A DNA stretch of 64,000 bases from Octopus bimaculoides (GCF_001194135.2 NC_069005.1:30863922-30927921), one strand, 5' to 3'. Counted from the first letter of the stretch, positions 27,435-39,289 are shown. The notes: generated from the sequence alone by a model not told the origin. Numbers and translations: made by a program.

Positions 27435-27900
27435 TGTTCTACTACGAGTTCGTCCATTGTTGTCGACAATAAGCAAGGGCATCACATGAAAGAAGAAGAT
27501 GGGTTGCAATGTCTTTGGCTGTGGCCGACCAGTCCGATGTGTGCTCAAAAGGTTTTGCTGGTGGTCAGCTGGGGCTGAAAGCAAAAAGTTAGCTCTGGAC
27601 TTGTAATGTTTGCATTTTCTTTGTGTCCCTGCAATCCTGTTCTGTTCGTAGGAGGTGGCATCTCCATTGGAGCAGTTTCACCAGGCAGGACAATCTTGTG
27701 CTTGCATTTCCCCAAGTGTTGGGGGTTGATCTCAAAGCTCTTCAGTGGGGCCCTGAATGTATCCTGAAAGAGCTTTTTATGCCCACTGTACGTGGGCTTG
27801 TCTTCTGCCAGTTCACTTTGCATTTCCCAAGTGATGGGGTTTGCTTGCAACCCTCAACAAAAACATGTCTGGGCTGTTCGTTGTTTGATAGGCTGGGCAA
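27435..27900 (-). mobile_element. RTE (BovB-like) LINE 3' fragment, antisense in a DYNC2LI1 intron
   Basis: Translation ..SELAEDKPTYSGHKKLFQDTFRAPLKSFEI.. and ..SKTF*AHIGLVGHSQRH resembles the RTE ORF2 end GELxxGKRxxGGQKKRFKDTLKxSLK..CxRxFxAxIGLxSHxRTH, followed by a gtcgacaacaatggacgaac tail. Confidence 0.75.
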
Positions 27901-30381
27901 TTACTGTCTTAATTAGTAACAAGTGAGGGTTGGCATCAGGAAGGGCATCTGGCACTGGAAATTCTACCTCGACAAAGTCTAGCCAGGAAAAGTAGACGCT
28001 AAGATTGTGATGATGGTGATGATGATCGGTATATAATTTCTATAAAAATAATAAATATATATGAGTGTGTATAAATGTATATATATATATGAGTGTGTAT
28101 AAATGTAAATATATATGTGTGTATATACATATATAATATATATACACACATGTATATAAATACACATCTTTATATATATATAAATATATATATGTGCGTA
28201 TGTGTAAATAGATATGTATATATGTGTGTGTACGGGTGGATGGCTTGTGTCTAGCTCGGTGTATATATGTATATATATATATTTATATATATATATATAT
28301 ATATNNNNNNNNNNNNNNNNNNNNNNNNNNNNNNNNNNNNNNNNNNNNNNNNNNNNNNNNNNNNNNNNNNNNNNNNNNNNNNNNNNNNNNNNNNNNNNNN
28401 NNNNNNNNNNNNNNNNNNNNNNNNNNNNNNNNNNNNNNNNNNNNNNNNNNNNNNNNNNNNNNNNNNNNNNNNNNNNNNNNNNNNNNNNNNNNNNNNNNNN
28501 NNNNNNNNNNNNNNNNNNNNNNNNNNNNNNNNNNNNNNNNNNNNNNNNNNNNNNNNNNNNNNNNNNNNNNNNNNNNNNNNNNNNNNNNNNNNNNNNNNNN
28601 NNNNNNNNNNNNNNNNNNNNNNNNNNNNNNNNNNNNNNNNNNNNNNNNNNNNNNNNNNNNNNNNNNNNNNNNNNNNNNNNNNNNNNNNNNNNNNNNNNNN
28701 NNNNNNNNNNNNNNNNNNNNNNNNNNNNNNNNNNNNNNNNNNNNNNNNNNNNNNNNNNNNNNNNNNNNNNNNNNNNNNNNNNNNNNNNNNNNNNNNNNNN
28801 NNNNNNNNNNNNNNNNNNNNNNNNNNNNNNNNNNNNNNNNNNNNNNNNNNNNNNNNNNNNNNNNNNNNNNNNNNNNNNNNNNNNNNNNNNNNNNNNNNNN
28901 NNNNNNNNNNNNNNNNNNNNNNNNNNNNNNNNNNNNNNNNNNNNNNNNNNNNNNNNNNNNNNNNNNNNNNNNNNNNNNNNNNNNNNNNNNNNNNNNNNNN
29001 NNCTATTAACTCTCACCTGTGTCCAGGAAAATTTGCTGCAAGAAATTTCGCTGTATAAGAAAATTTGTCATAAGGCAAATTCACTGGAAGTGTATAATAT
29101 CGAAAGAAAAAAATTATAAAAAAGATTTATAAAAGCATTAAATAATGAAGTCTTTATTCAACATCAAACATAAAAAAAAATGTGATGAGATTATTTAAAA
29201 CAAAATTTCGCATGATAAATTTTCCTACAACAAAAATGTTTACAATGAAATTTCCTGGAAAGCACAGGCATAGACCAATGGGTGCAGGAGTGGTTCCCAA
29301 TCTCATGGTTCCAGGTTCAGCCCCACTGCATAGCACCTTGGGCAAGTGTTTTCTATTATAGCCTCAGGCTAACCAAAGCCTTGTGAGCAGATTGGATATG
29401 GTTAATCAGAAGCATCAGGCCCGTAGGTTGACAAGATCCCTTAGCACATCAGACAAAGACACCTTGCAGTACTATTTAACTGCTGCTCTTTACATCCTCA
29501 GTTCAGCTCCCACTGGTGTCAGCTTTACCCTTCACCCCTCCTGGGTTGATAAGATGAAGTACCAGTCCAGAACTGGGTCATCGACTGCTTGCGTTGGTTG
29601 ACCACGTACCACATGGTCGTGACAGATGAGGAGGTATTTTGTGGAGATGGGGGACGACTGATATTCTGCTCAACTGATCACCCAGGAGGACCTGGGGATA
29701 CACCAACAAATAGTGAATGCAACAGCACTTGCCCCCCCCCNNNNNNNNNNCCCACGCTTGACCTGGCCTGATCTGACCTTGAACTGAATCCAGTGGTTTC
29801 ATCTAAGCTCCTCTTCTAGAATATTTAGTTATAGCTCTTTACATTCCGAGTTCAAATCCCACAAGGGTCAATTTTACTTTTCATCCTCACCAAGGTCAGT
29901 AAAATAAAGTATCAGCCCAGTACTGGGATCGGTGGTTTCAACTAAACCCCCTCCCCTCAAAATCATTGGCCTTGTACTTAAATCAGAAATCATTATTATA
30001 AGAAGCTACAGAATTTATCATTGATCTATTGGCAATTCTTATGTTCAATCAATTCCTCTTTCATATGAAGCTACATGCACTTGGAAGTCCAGTGTCTTAA
30101 CCCAGGTCAATATTTATCTCCCGTCTGCTAATTTATTTAGAAAGCCAACTGTTACCCACAAATAAATTTACAAACTTTCTGGTATTCTACATTGTAAGAA
30201 ATTCTCCAGCTTCATTATTCTCTTTTAGCTCCTCATCACAATGTTTCAAGCAAGCTACAATGTTCATATATGTGTGTGTGTGTGTGTGTGCTGATTGCTA
30301 CTTCTTGTCAGATGAGTGCCATCTCATCACTGAACACTGCACAATCATGTGCAAAACTTTAGATTCTAAAAAATACATGTG

Positions 30382-30412
<31 letters not shown>

Positions 30413-30711
30413 GCGCACACACACACATACACACACACACACAGAGTGGACNNNNNNNNNNCACACACACATGCACACACACACACAGAGTGGACCTCTA
30501 CACGACCTCTACACAGTTTCTGACAGCCAAATTCCTCATACAAGGCATTGATTAATTTGAGGCTGTGGTTGAAGACACTAGTGGTATTCTGTGATTACGA
30601 ACCAGTATGTTGTTTGTACGTATGTGTGTGTGTGTGTGTGTTTGCTTGTTTCTTCTCTGTTTCTCAGTAAAACCCCTCCACTAAATAATTTTTTTTTCTC
30701 ATCTATTTTAG

Positions 30712-30757
30712 GCCATTTGATACCCAGTGGACAAGATTCCAGAGAAATGCAAAACAA
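30712..30757 (+). CDS. DYNC2LI1: DYNC2LI1 exon (46 bp; GHLIPSGQDSREMQNK)
   Basis: ttctcatctattttAG acceptor, aa|GTACGT donor; phase 1 to 2 bridges the neighbours exactly. Confidence 0.75.
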
Positions 30758-31819
30758 GTACGTTGTTCTCTCTTCTTTGTTGTTGTTTAACCACAGGTCA
30801 GTCTTGAATGAGCAGAGGAGTCCAGAATCTACTCAGAAAGTTTTTGTCAGCCCGAGGCTATAGTAGAAGGCACTTGCCCAAGGTGCCCCCAAAGTGGGAC
30901 TGAACCTGGGACCATGTGGTTGGGAAGCAAGCGTCTTACCACACAGCATCGCCTGCAGCTAATTATTAAACTATTAATGTTCCCTCTGAGTATTCTACTA
31001 GCCAGCCACATGTTGGAAGCTATTGAACTAATGACCATGATTGATGTTCAAATGTTGGGCCTCATGGAGGCAATGACAAATGATCGAGAACTTTGGGTAA
31101 TATACTTTTCAAGGTTGATTAAATAAGTACCAGTTACGCACTGGGGTTGGTATAATCCGTTTGTGTCCTTGTTTGTCTCCTCTGTGTGTAGCCCCTTGTG
31201 GGCAGTAAAGGAATAAGAAACCATGCTAAATCAGACTGGAACTTGGTGCAGCTCTCCGGCTTACCAGGTTTCAGTCAAACTGTCCGACTCATGCCAGCAT
31301 GGAAAGCAGACATTAAATGAAGATGATGATGATGATGATGATGATGAACAACATCAACAACAACAGTAGATACTTTGACTACCTCTAAAAAAAAAAAATC
31401 ATCCTGTTGTCAATGAGGTAGCTGCTCTTCGGAAACCTCACGAGCTAATTGCACCAACAAATTGATTATATATAAGATAGTACAGCTGTTTATGTTGTTG
31501 TCAGGGAGTTCGTCCATTTAAGTGCACAGCTGCTAACCAACCACATTGATAATGGCTGTTGTATGTAATGATTCTACCCGCAGGGAACAGCTGTTGACAG
31601 CAGTCATTAACAAAAATGTTTTCAAAGGAATTTTATACGTAACTGATCAAATTGCAAATCCTGTTGCCAATGGTTTTACATCTAAATTTTGTGATATGTC
31701 TTCTTCTGGGAGTTTGATTTGAATTACTCAGTTAACTTCTCTTCTTACTTTGGTGTTGTGGTTTGGGATGTTGAAAGCCTGCATTAGAAATAAAAAAAAG
31801 CTATGACTACAAAAATAGT

Positions 31820-31897
<78 letters not shown>

Positions 31898-32122
31898 CAC
31901 ATACACATGCATGTGTGTGTGTGTATATGTCTGTATGTATGTCTATGAGTGTGTGCATAAATATTGTGTGTGTCTATCTGTCTATGTTTGTTTGTATGCA
32001 TGCTTGCTTGCACAATAAATCAATATACTTATCTGTCTATCCTTTTATCTATCTGTCTATCCATCCATCCATCTATCTTATTTATCTATCCATCTGTCTG
32101 TCTGTCTGTCCATCTATCTATC

Positions 32123-32202
<80 letters not shown>

Positions 32203-32907
32203 AATCTATCTATCTGTCTACCTACCTATCCATCCATCCATCCATCTATCTATCTACTTATCTATCTATTATTCAACCAACCACTCGTATGTCTACCATT
32301 TCTGGAACAGGCACACTGTATTCCTGAAGGTTGCAGAAGGCAAATAAAAGCATTGACGTCAGGAAGGACATCTGATCGCAAAACACCTTCTCAAAAAGAT
32401 CCTTCTTAATTCATGCTGGCATAATAAGATCCCCATAAGTACAATGACAACAATAACAATGAAGATGATGATGGTTACAATGTGGCTGTGTGGTAAGAAG
32501 CTTGCTTCCCAACCACATGGTTCCGGGTTCAGTCCCACTGTGTGGCACCTTCAGCAAGTGTCTTCTTCCTATAGCCTTGGGCTGACAAAAAGCCTTGTGA
32601 ATGGATTTGGTAGACGGAAACTGAAAGAAGCCCATCGTATATATTATATATATATTGAGAGAAAACAAGAAGAAGAAAATGAAGAATAAATGGATGTAAT
32701 TACTAATTTATTTGTAAGTTACAAAAAGATGACATGTTTTAAAATAAAAATGCTGTTGCTGCTGATGATGATGGTGATGATGATGATGATGATGATGATG
32801 ATGGTTGTGACGAGGTGTTATCTATTTTATGTTCAGCTGTAAAAAATTTTTTGATTTTTAAAAAATCTCCCATTACATCTTTTAAATACATTCTCTTCAT
32901 TTTTCAG

Positions 32908-32959
32908 AAGCCTCGTTGAAAATTTTGAATTTGTCTTCACCAAATATTTCCCACAAGAG
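32908..32959 (+). CDS. DYNC2LI1: DYNC2LI1 exon (52 bp; SLVENFEFVFTKYFPQE)
   Basis: ttctcttcatttttcAG acceptor, gag|GTTTGT donor; aligns to the ..ELWKKVYEKLFP.. segment of orthologues (recalled). Confidence 0.8.
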
Positions 32960-33282
32960 GTTTGTCTAATTCCCTCCGGTTTTACATTTTTGTATCTTTT
33001 GACATGCTGTTTTGCCATCTTCTTTCTGTGTACATACGTACGTGTATATGTGCGTGCGTGTGTGTGTGTGCTATTCTTGTGTTTTTTCTTGTTGTTGGTT
33101 ATAATTGTTGTCTTGCTTTTAAATCATTACTCATAACCATTAGAAGCTCCATATGGAAAAATGGTTCCATGAGACCAATATTCTTCATCGGTTAACTCAT
33201 TTCCAGTAGATCACTCTATTCAAGAGTGTTTTCAAGCATTATTATTGCAAAGATTGGAAAAAATGTGATCTTCTTTTGTTTT

Positions 33283-34113
33283 TAACTCCTTCGTTACTAT
33301 ATCTCTAATGAAATACACTCTCTTTGTTTGAATTAATTTTGAAATTAATGAAGAATCTAGTAAAATAACTTTGTCATTATTAAACTGGTGTTTGGAACAT
33401 GAATTAAACATGAAATTTTGATGGAAGATTTTAATTCAGTTTACTTTAAGACAGAAAGTTTATAACATAATACCAGGGGCAATATCAAATAGGTTACTAT
33501 CAAAAGACTTAACCCTTTTGTTACCATTTTTCTGTTGAAAAATAATGCCTGTGTTTCAATTAATTTTGAAAATATAAATTTAGCAAAATAGCTTTGTTGT
33601 TATTAAGTTGCTTTTTGAAATATAAATTAACATAATAAATTAACATGAAATTTTGATTTAAAGTCTATACTGAGATCGCTTTAAAACAGGAAGTTTGTAA
33701 CATAAAACCAGGAACAACCTCAGGCAGGTTGGTAGCATATTTCTGTTGGAATGCACTGCTTTTCTTTCAATTAATTTTGAAAATTGTGAAGAATATAAAA
33801 TAATTTTGTCGTTATTAAGTTGGAACATAAGGTAACATGAAACATTCAGAACATAAAGTAACAAGAAATTTTGATGGAAGGTTTAAACCCTTTTGTTACC
33901 ATATTTCTGTTGAGATGCTCTGTGTTTCTTTCGATTAATTTTAAATATAACAAAGAATTTAATAAAATAACTTAGTTATCATTAAGCTAGTGTTAGGAAC
34001 ATAAATTGTCAGTAAGGTTTGGTGGAAGATTTTAATTCAAAGCTTATGAAAACAAGACATTTGTTCTACAAATCCAGAGGTGGTTTCAGCCGGGTTGGTA
34101 TCAAAAGGGTTAA
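33283..34113 (+). mobile_element. Cluster of about four head-to-tail piggyBac-type MITEs (best copy 33883-34113)
   Basis: TIRs TTAA(a)cccttttgttacc...ggtatcaaaagggTTAA; repeated internal motifs (ttcaattaattttgaaa, aacatgaaattttgatggaag). Confidence 0.75.
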
Positions 34114-34273
34114 AAATATCATGGTGATGTTAATCTTTTGCTGAACCACTAAGTTATAGGGACATAAACACACCAACACCAGTTGTCAAGTCCTCAGCAT
34201 ACTTTGTTCTTAAACTTCAGTTTCTACACATCATTAACTCTGATATTTTGTTTCTGTATTTCTTTCCCTACAG

Positions 34274-34366
34274 AAGTCTGCAGACCCCCAAACTGCTGCC
34301 GATCCCTCACAAGAACCCCAGTTTAAGGAACACGATATTGACATACTGAAGAGGCAAAAAGATCAG
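34274..34366 (+). CDS. DYNC2LI1: DYNC2LI1 exon (93 bp; KSADPKTAADPSQEPQFKEHDIDILKRQKDQ)
   Basis: tctttccctacAG acceptor, cag|GTAAGT donor; DPxxxPQF-E-xxD..QKD motif. Confidence 0.93.
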
Positions 34367-34686
34367 GTAAGTTTGGTATTCTTAAGCCAGACTTTTACTA
34401 TCGTATTTGTATTTCATGTGTGTGTCTGTGTGTCTCAAAGAAACGATCAAAGGACTGTCCCCTGCCAAGGGCTCAAAGTCTAGTTTCCCGGATTCTGTGG
34501 AGCATACATTCCATACTGGATGAAACGCCAGTCTGTCACAAGATTAGCCACTTTTGCCAGCTGAGCAAACTGGAGCAACATGGAATGAAGTATTTTGCTC
34601 AAGAGCTCAATGCATTGCCCAATCCAGGAACTGAAACCACAATCTCATGGTCATGAGTGCAACACCCTAACCACTAAGCCACATGC

Positions 34687-34740
<54 letters not shown>

Positions 34741-34960
34741 TGATTAGTTATAGGATTCAATAGAATCTAGGCACATCAACACTTAGGATGCCAGAAATGG
34801 CTAGGAACAATAGCATAGTATTTACAGTGAGATAAAACAACAATAATGATATCAAGTGTCACGTACTGGAACTGAAACCAGAACCCTGTGGTTGGGAAGC
34901 AAGCTTCTTACCACACAGCAATGCTTTCATCTAAATTGTTTCTTTCTTTCCAATTTCTCT

Positions 34961-35189
34961 TTAACCCTTTTGATACCAAACTGGCTGAAACCGGCTCTGG
35001 TTCTGAATACAAATGTCTTGTTTTCAGAAGTTTTGAATTAAAATCTTCCACCAAACCTTAGTCACAATTTATGTTCCTAACACTAGATTAATAATAACTA
35101 AGTTATTTTACTAAATTCTTTGTTATATTTAAAATTAATCAAAAGAAACACGGAGCATCTCAAAATAAATATGGTAGCAAAAGGGTTAA
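34961..35189 (-). mobile_element. piggyBac-type MITE, inverted relative to 33883-34113
   Basis: TTAAcccttttgatacc...ggtagcaaaagggTTAA; its reverse complement aligns end to end with 33883-34113. Confidence 0.85.
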
Positions 35190-35551
35190 CAGCACAATCA
35201 GTTATTTTTGTTGATTTTTTTTTTTTGTCTTGGTGTGAGACATGCTGTTGGCTATACAAAGATGCATTTGAAAAATGAGAGGTCTCAACCATATGAGTTC
35301 CACCTTATTAATTACAATTATTAATTATAAATCTGTTGTTTTCCAGTAAAAAAAAGAAAAAAGGAAAAAAGAACAAAAATAAAATAAGACAAGAAAAAAA
35401 AATCAACAACAACCACCATCCTCGACCCCAACCCTTTCTTTATTCCAGTTTTATTCCTTGTTCATTTCTGCAGGTCCTTTTTTTGTTTGCAATTACCATT
35501 TTAAAGAATATCAATTCATTATTAAATTAATTCAACTGAATTTAATTACAG

Positions 35552-35629
35552 GAATTGGAGCAACGCCGTCAGAGGCCTTTTAACACCAGAGAACAAACTG
35601 CAGAGAAAACCTACCAAGATGACTTTTAA
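35552..35629 (+). CDS. DYNC2LI1: DYNC2LI1 last coding exon (ELEQRRQRPFNTREQTAEKTYQDDF*)
   Basis: tttaattacAG acceptor; ELEQ start as in orthologues; TAA at 35627-35629. Confidence 0.88.
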   Translation, partial: ELEQRRQRPFNTREQTAEKTYQDDF

Positions 35630-36889
35630 GATTTTTTTTCCCCCTAAAACACCAAAATTTGTTGGTATTTAAAAAAAAAATTTTTTTTTTTTATTGAGAG
35701 AACTTTCATGGTGTTTCTCTTTTTTGTTGTTGTTGTTGTTGTTGTAGAAATGTTTTTGTTTCTTATTCATTGTCAGAGTGGGTTGGATAGAGCTGCAATT
35801 TTTCAAACTTCTTTGCCATTTCTCGGAATGGAGCTCACTTTTTTACAAAATTCTAGCCACCAGCATGGCTGTGGGATAAAGAAGCTTGATTCCCAGCCAC
35901 GTGCTTTTGAGTTCCATCTCACTGCATGGGACCTCGGACAAGTGTCTTCAAACGTAGCCCCAGATCGACCAAAGCCTTGTAAATGGATTCAGTTGATGGA
36001 AACTGTAAGAAGCTTATGTATATATATTCTTTTACCCTTTTACTTGTTTCTGTCATCAACAAGCCCCTATCCCCAAAATTTCAGACCTCATGCCTATAGA
36101 AAGGATTATCATTTTATGTTTATTTTCTTCTTGACTCAGAATGCAGAGACCCATATCAAATACCACAAGGCATCTGTTGGTTCGGCATTCTTACAGTCCC
36201 TACCACTCTATCACCTTTAACTGGCACCTTTTTTTTTTTATTGACTCCTGAAAGGTAGAAAAACAGAGGTGATCTCAGCAGGATTTGATCTCACTGCACA
36301 GTAGAAAATCAGCACAAACACACCATGAAGAAATAAAATGCAAGATTCTATTGAGTCGGCCAGTTAACCACCACCATAGNNNNNNNNNNNNNNNNNNNNN
36401 NNNNNNNNNNNNNNNNNNNNNNNNNNNNNNNNNNNNNNNNNNNNNNNNNNNNNNNNNNNNNNNNNNNNNNNNNNNNNNNNNNNNNNNNNNNNNNNNNNNN
36501 NNNNNNNNNNNNNNNNNNNNNNNNNNNNNNNNNNNNNNNNNNNNNNNNNNNNNNNNNNNNNNNNNNNNNNNNNNNNNNNNNNNNNNNNNNNNNNNNNNNN
36601 NNNNNNNNNNNNNNNNNNNNNNNNNNNNNNNNNNNNNNNNNNNNNNNNNNNNNNNNNNNNNNNNNNNNNNNNNNNNNNNNNNNNNNNNNNNNNNNNNNNN
36701 NNNNNNNNNNNNNNNNNNNNNNNNNNNNNNNNNNNNNNNNNNNNNNNNNNNNNNNNNNNNNNNNNNNNNNNNNNNNNNNNNNNNNNNNNNNNNNNNNNNN
36801 NNNNNNNNNNNNNNNNNNNNNNNNNNNNNNNNNNNNNNNNNNTATATATTTGATTGTGTTTTGTATGTAAGGTGGTTATCATCATCATC

Positions 36890-37240
36890 ATCATCATCAT
36901 CATCATCGTTTTACGTCCGCTTTCCATGCTGGCATGGGTTGGACGGTTTAACTGAGGACTGGCGAGCCAGATGGCTGCACCAGGCTCCAATCTGATCTGG
37001 CCGAGTTTCTACAGCTGGATGATGCCCTTCCTAACGCCAACCACTCCGAGAGTGTAGTGGGTGCTTTTACATGCCACCGGAACGAGGGCCAGTCAGGCGG
37101 TACTGGCAACGGCCACGCTCAAATGGTGTTTTTTACGTGCCACCTGCACAGGAGGCAGTCCAGTGGAACTGGTAACGATCATGCTTGAATGGTGCTTTTT
37201 ACGTGCCACCAGCATGGGAGCCAGTCAGCGGCCCTGACAT
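36890..37240 (-). mobile_element. Family B retroposon with internal 66-bp tandem units
   Basis: (ATC)n tail on the left; motif ttttac(a/g)tgccacc recurs at 37068, 37134 and 37200 (period 66). Confidence 0.75.
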
Positions 37241-39206
37241 GTACAACTGTGGAGAAACATTGCTTTACTTGATGACAAGAGAGATTTAACGACAGGAAGG
37301 GCATCAGGCCACAAGGAATCTGTCCCAACGAATTCCATTTAACTCATGCAAGCATGGAAGAGCAAACATTGATGATTATAATGAAGGTTTGGGTTCACTC
37401 CTGAGGCTGTGGTAGAAAATGCCTTTCCATAATGGAATGCGATGAAATTGAACTGGAAATCATGTAGACGAGAAGCCCCTCCATGAAATGGTCATGGTTT
37501 TTTGGCTCATGGTGTGTTGGTGGTGGTGGTGATGTATAGCGGTGGAATTGAATGGTCTGTTGTGATGTTATTGTGGTGGAGGAGGTACTTTGAAAGAGAG
37601 AAGTGCAAGAGGAGAGAGGGGTGGCATATAAATAAAAGAANNNNNNNNNNNNNNNNNNNNNNNNNNNNNNNNNNNNNNNNNNNNNNNNNNNNNNNNNNNN
37701 NNNNNNNNNNNNNNNNNNNNNNNNNNNNNNNNNNNNNNNNNNNNNNNNNNNNNNNNNNNNNNNNNNNNNNNNNNNNNNNNNNNNNNNNNNNNNNNNNNNN
37801 NNNNNNNNNNNNNNNNNNNNNNNNNNNNNNNNNNNNNNNNNNNNNNNNNNNNNNNNNNNNNNNNNNNNNNNNNNNNNNNNNNNNNNNNNNNNNNNNNNNN
37901 NNNNNNNNNNNNNNNNNNNNNNNNNNNNNNNNNNNNNNNNNNNNNNNNNNNNNNNNNNNNNNNNNNNNNNNNNNNNNNNNNNNNNNNNNNNNNNNNNNNN
38001 NNNNNNNNNNNNNNNNNNNNNNNNNNNNNNNNNNNNNNNNNNNNNNNNNNNNNNNNNNNNNNNNNNNNNNNNNNNNNNNNNNNNNNNNNNNNNNNNNNNN
38101 NNNNNNNNNNNNNNNNNNNNNNNNNNNNNNNNNNNNNNNNNNNNNNNNNNNNNNNNNNNNNNNNNNNNNNNNNNNNNNNNNNNNNNNNNNNNNNNNNNNN
38201 NNNTATATATGTATATGTATATATATAAATGTATTTGTGTGTATGTATGTATGTATGCACACATACACACGTAGAGCCGCAGAAAAGAAAGGATATTCTT
38301 TCTGTTAATGGCTAGAATATTGATGTATATAAAAGAGGAAAATATATTATTTATGAAAAATAAGGGAAGATAATTGGAGCTTGTTCTGTTTATTTCTGTC
38401 TTCATCGATTTACCGATAGGTTATTTATATATACTCACACAAATATATACATATGGATGTATGTATGTGTGTAATACATGTGTATATGTATGTAATATAT
38501 GTAATAATGAATGTATAATGTAGGTATATGTGTATAAATGTAATGTATGTATATTATGTATGCAATGTATGTATATATGTGTGTGAATGTATGTAATATC
38601 TGTGTGTGTGTGTGTGTGTGTATTTACTGTGTCTGAAGTTTATTTAGATTCAGTAAAAAATATTTATGTGAAAGTAAGAAATCTCACACACACACACACA
38701 CACAGAAGTTGTTTCTTATCGACCAAACATTCATGCAGTCATACATTCACCAATTCACCAAATAAGGTTTCTATGTTCCTCTCTACACTATATTTGGATC
38801 AGTCGTTTTAGCTTCATGTTAATCTAATCCTTTCTTAAAAAACGCTAAGAACCTCGTTGTGGCTTACATCTCATATTCTATTGCATCTGATGAAGGGGAA
38901 CAACAGGTTAAAGGTAAATTATGATTCCTGGAAAGAATGCTAATTCAAAGAGGGAACAGCTTCTTTTGATAGAGAGACTGAACTTTGTGTTGTGAGTGAA
39001 GACAATATGAGTTNNNNNNNNNNNNNNNNNNNNNNNNNNNNNNNNNNNNNNNNNNNNNNNNNNNNNNNNNNNNNNNNNNNNNNNNNNNNNNNNNNNNNNN
39101 NNNNNNNNNNNNNNNNNNNNNNNNNNNNNNNNNNNNNNNNNNNNNNNNNNNNNNNNNNNNNNNNNNNNNNNNNNNNNNNNNNNNNNNNNNNNNNNNNNNN
39201 NNNNNN

Positions 39207-39289
39207 TTCCGAGGCTTCGAAAGGGCTTAGAAAAACTGAAGGACTGCTGCAATAAGTGTACGAATCTGAGAGGGAAATATTTTGAATAA
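39207..39289 (+). mobile_element. Mariner-type transposase C-terminal remnant (emerges from a gap)
   Basis: PRLRKGLEKLKDCCNKCTNLRGKYFE* resembles the mariner end G.EKL..RWxKCxxxxGxYxE*. Confidence 0.55.

Larger units (their letters stand above)
1230..35629 (+). other. DYNC2LI1: Gene span: cytoplasmic dynein-2 light intermediate chain 1 (14 visible coding exons; part of the CDS hidden in N gaps)
   Basis: Hand-spliced GT-AG exons join in phase and give MPAGPGQIIWDVAIELADQKTGEVVHLANVSKSRGER..[gap]..EELPKPTVALDYAFAHVGATNKMVKDIGHYWELGGGIWLVQLMEVVIKPETI..[gap]..DRDIVEPFLIPLVIIGGKYDIFQNSDPEHRKIICKTLRFLAHYHGATLQFFSIRDKSLGKQIEYLKNHHLFGNHYPKLHEVDHNKPLSVYVGHDSLQSIGHLIPSGQDSREMQNKSLVENFEFVFTKYFPQEKSADPKTAADPSQEPQFKEHDIDILKRQKDQELEQRRQRPFNTREQTAEKTYQDDF*. 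Motifs PKPTxALxY, KDIxHxWELGGG, PLVIIGxKYDxFQ, RKxICKTLRFxAHxxGAxL, VDxNKPL and DPxxxPQF match DYNC2LI1 as recalled. Confidence 0.95.

Noticed and set aside
36198-36250. Minus-strand exon candidate with good splice sites
   Set aside because: Lies within a degenerate SINE-C-like sequence containing an A-run; not credible as a coding exon
16569-37240. CRISPR-like arrays (43-bp, 33-bp and 66-bp periodic repeats)
   Set aside because: No unique spacers (units are contiguous or homologous), eukaryotic context, no cas genes
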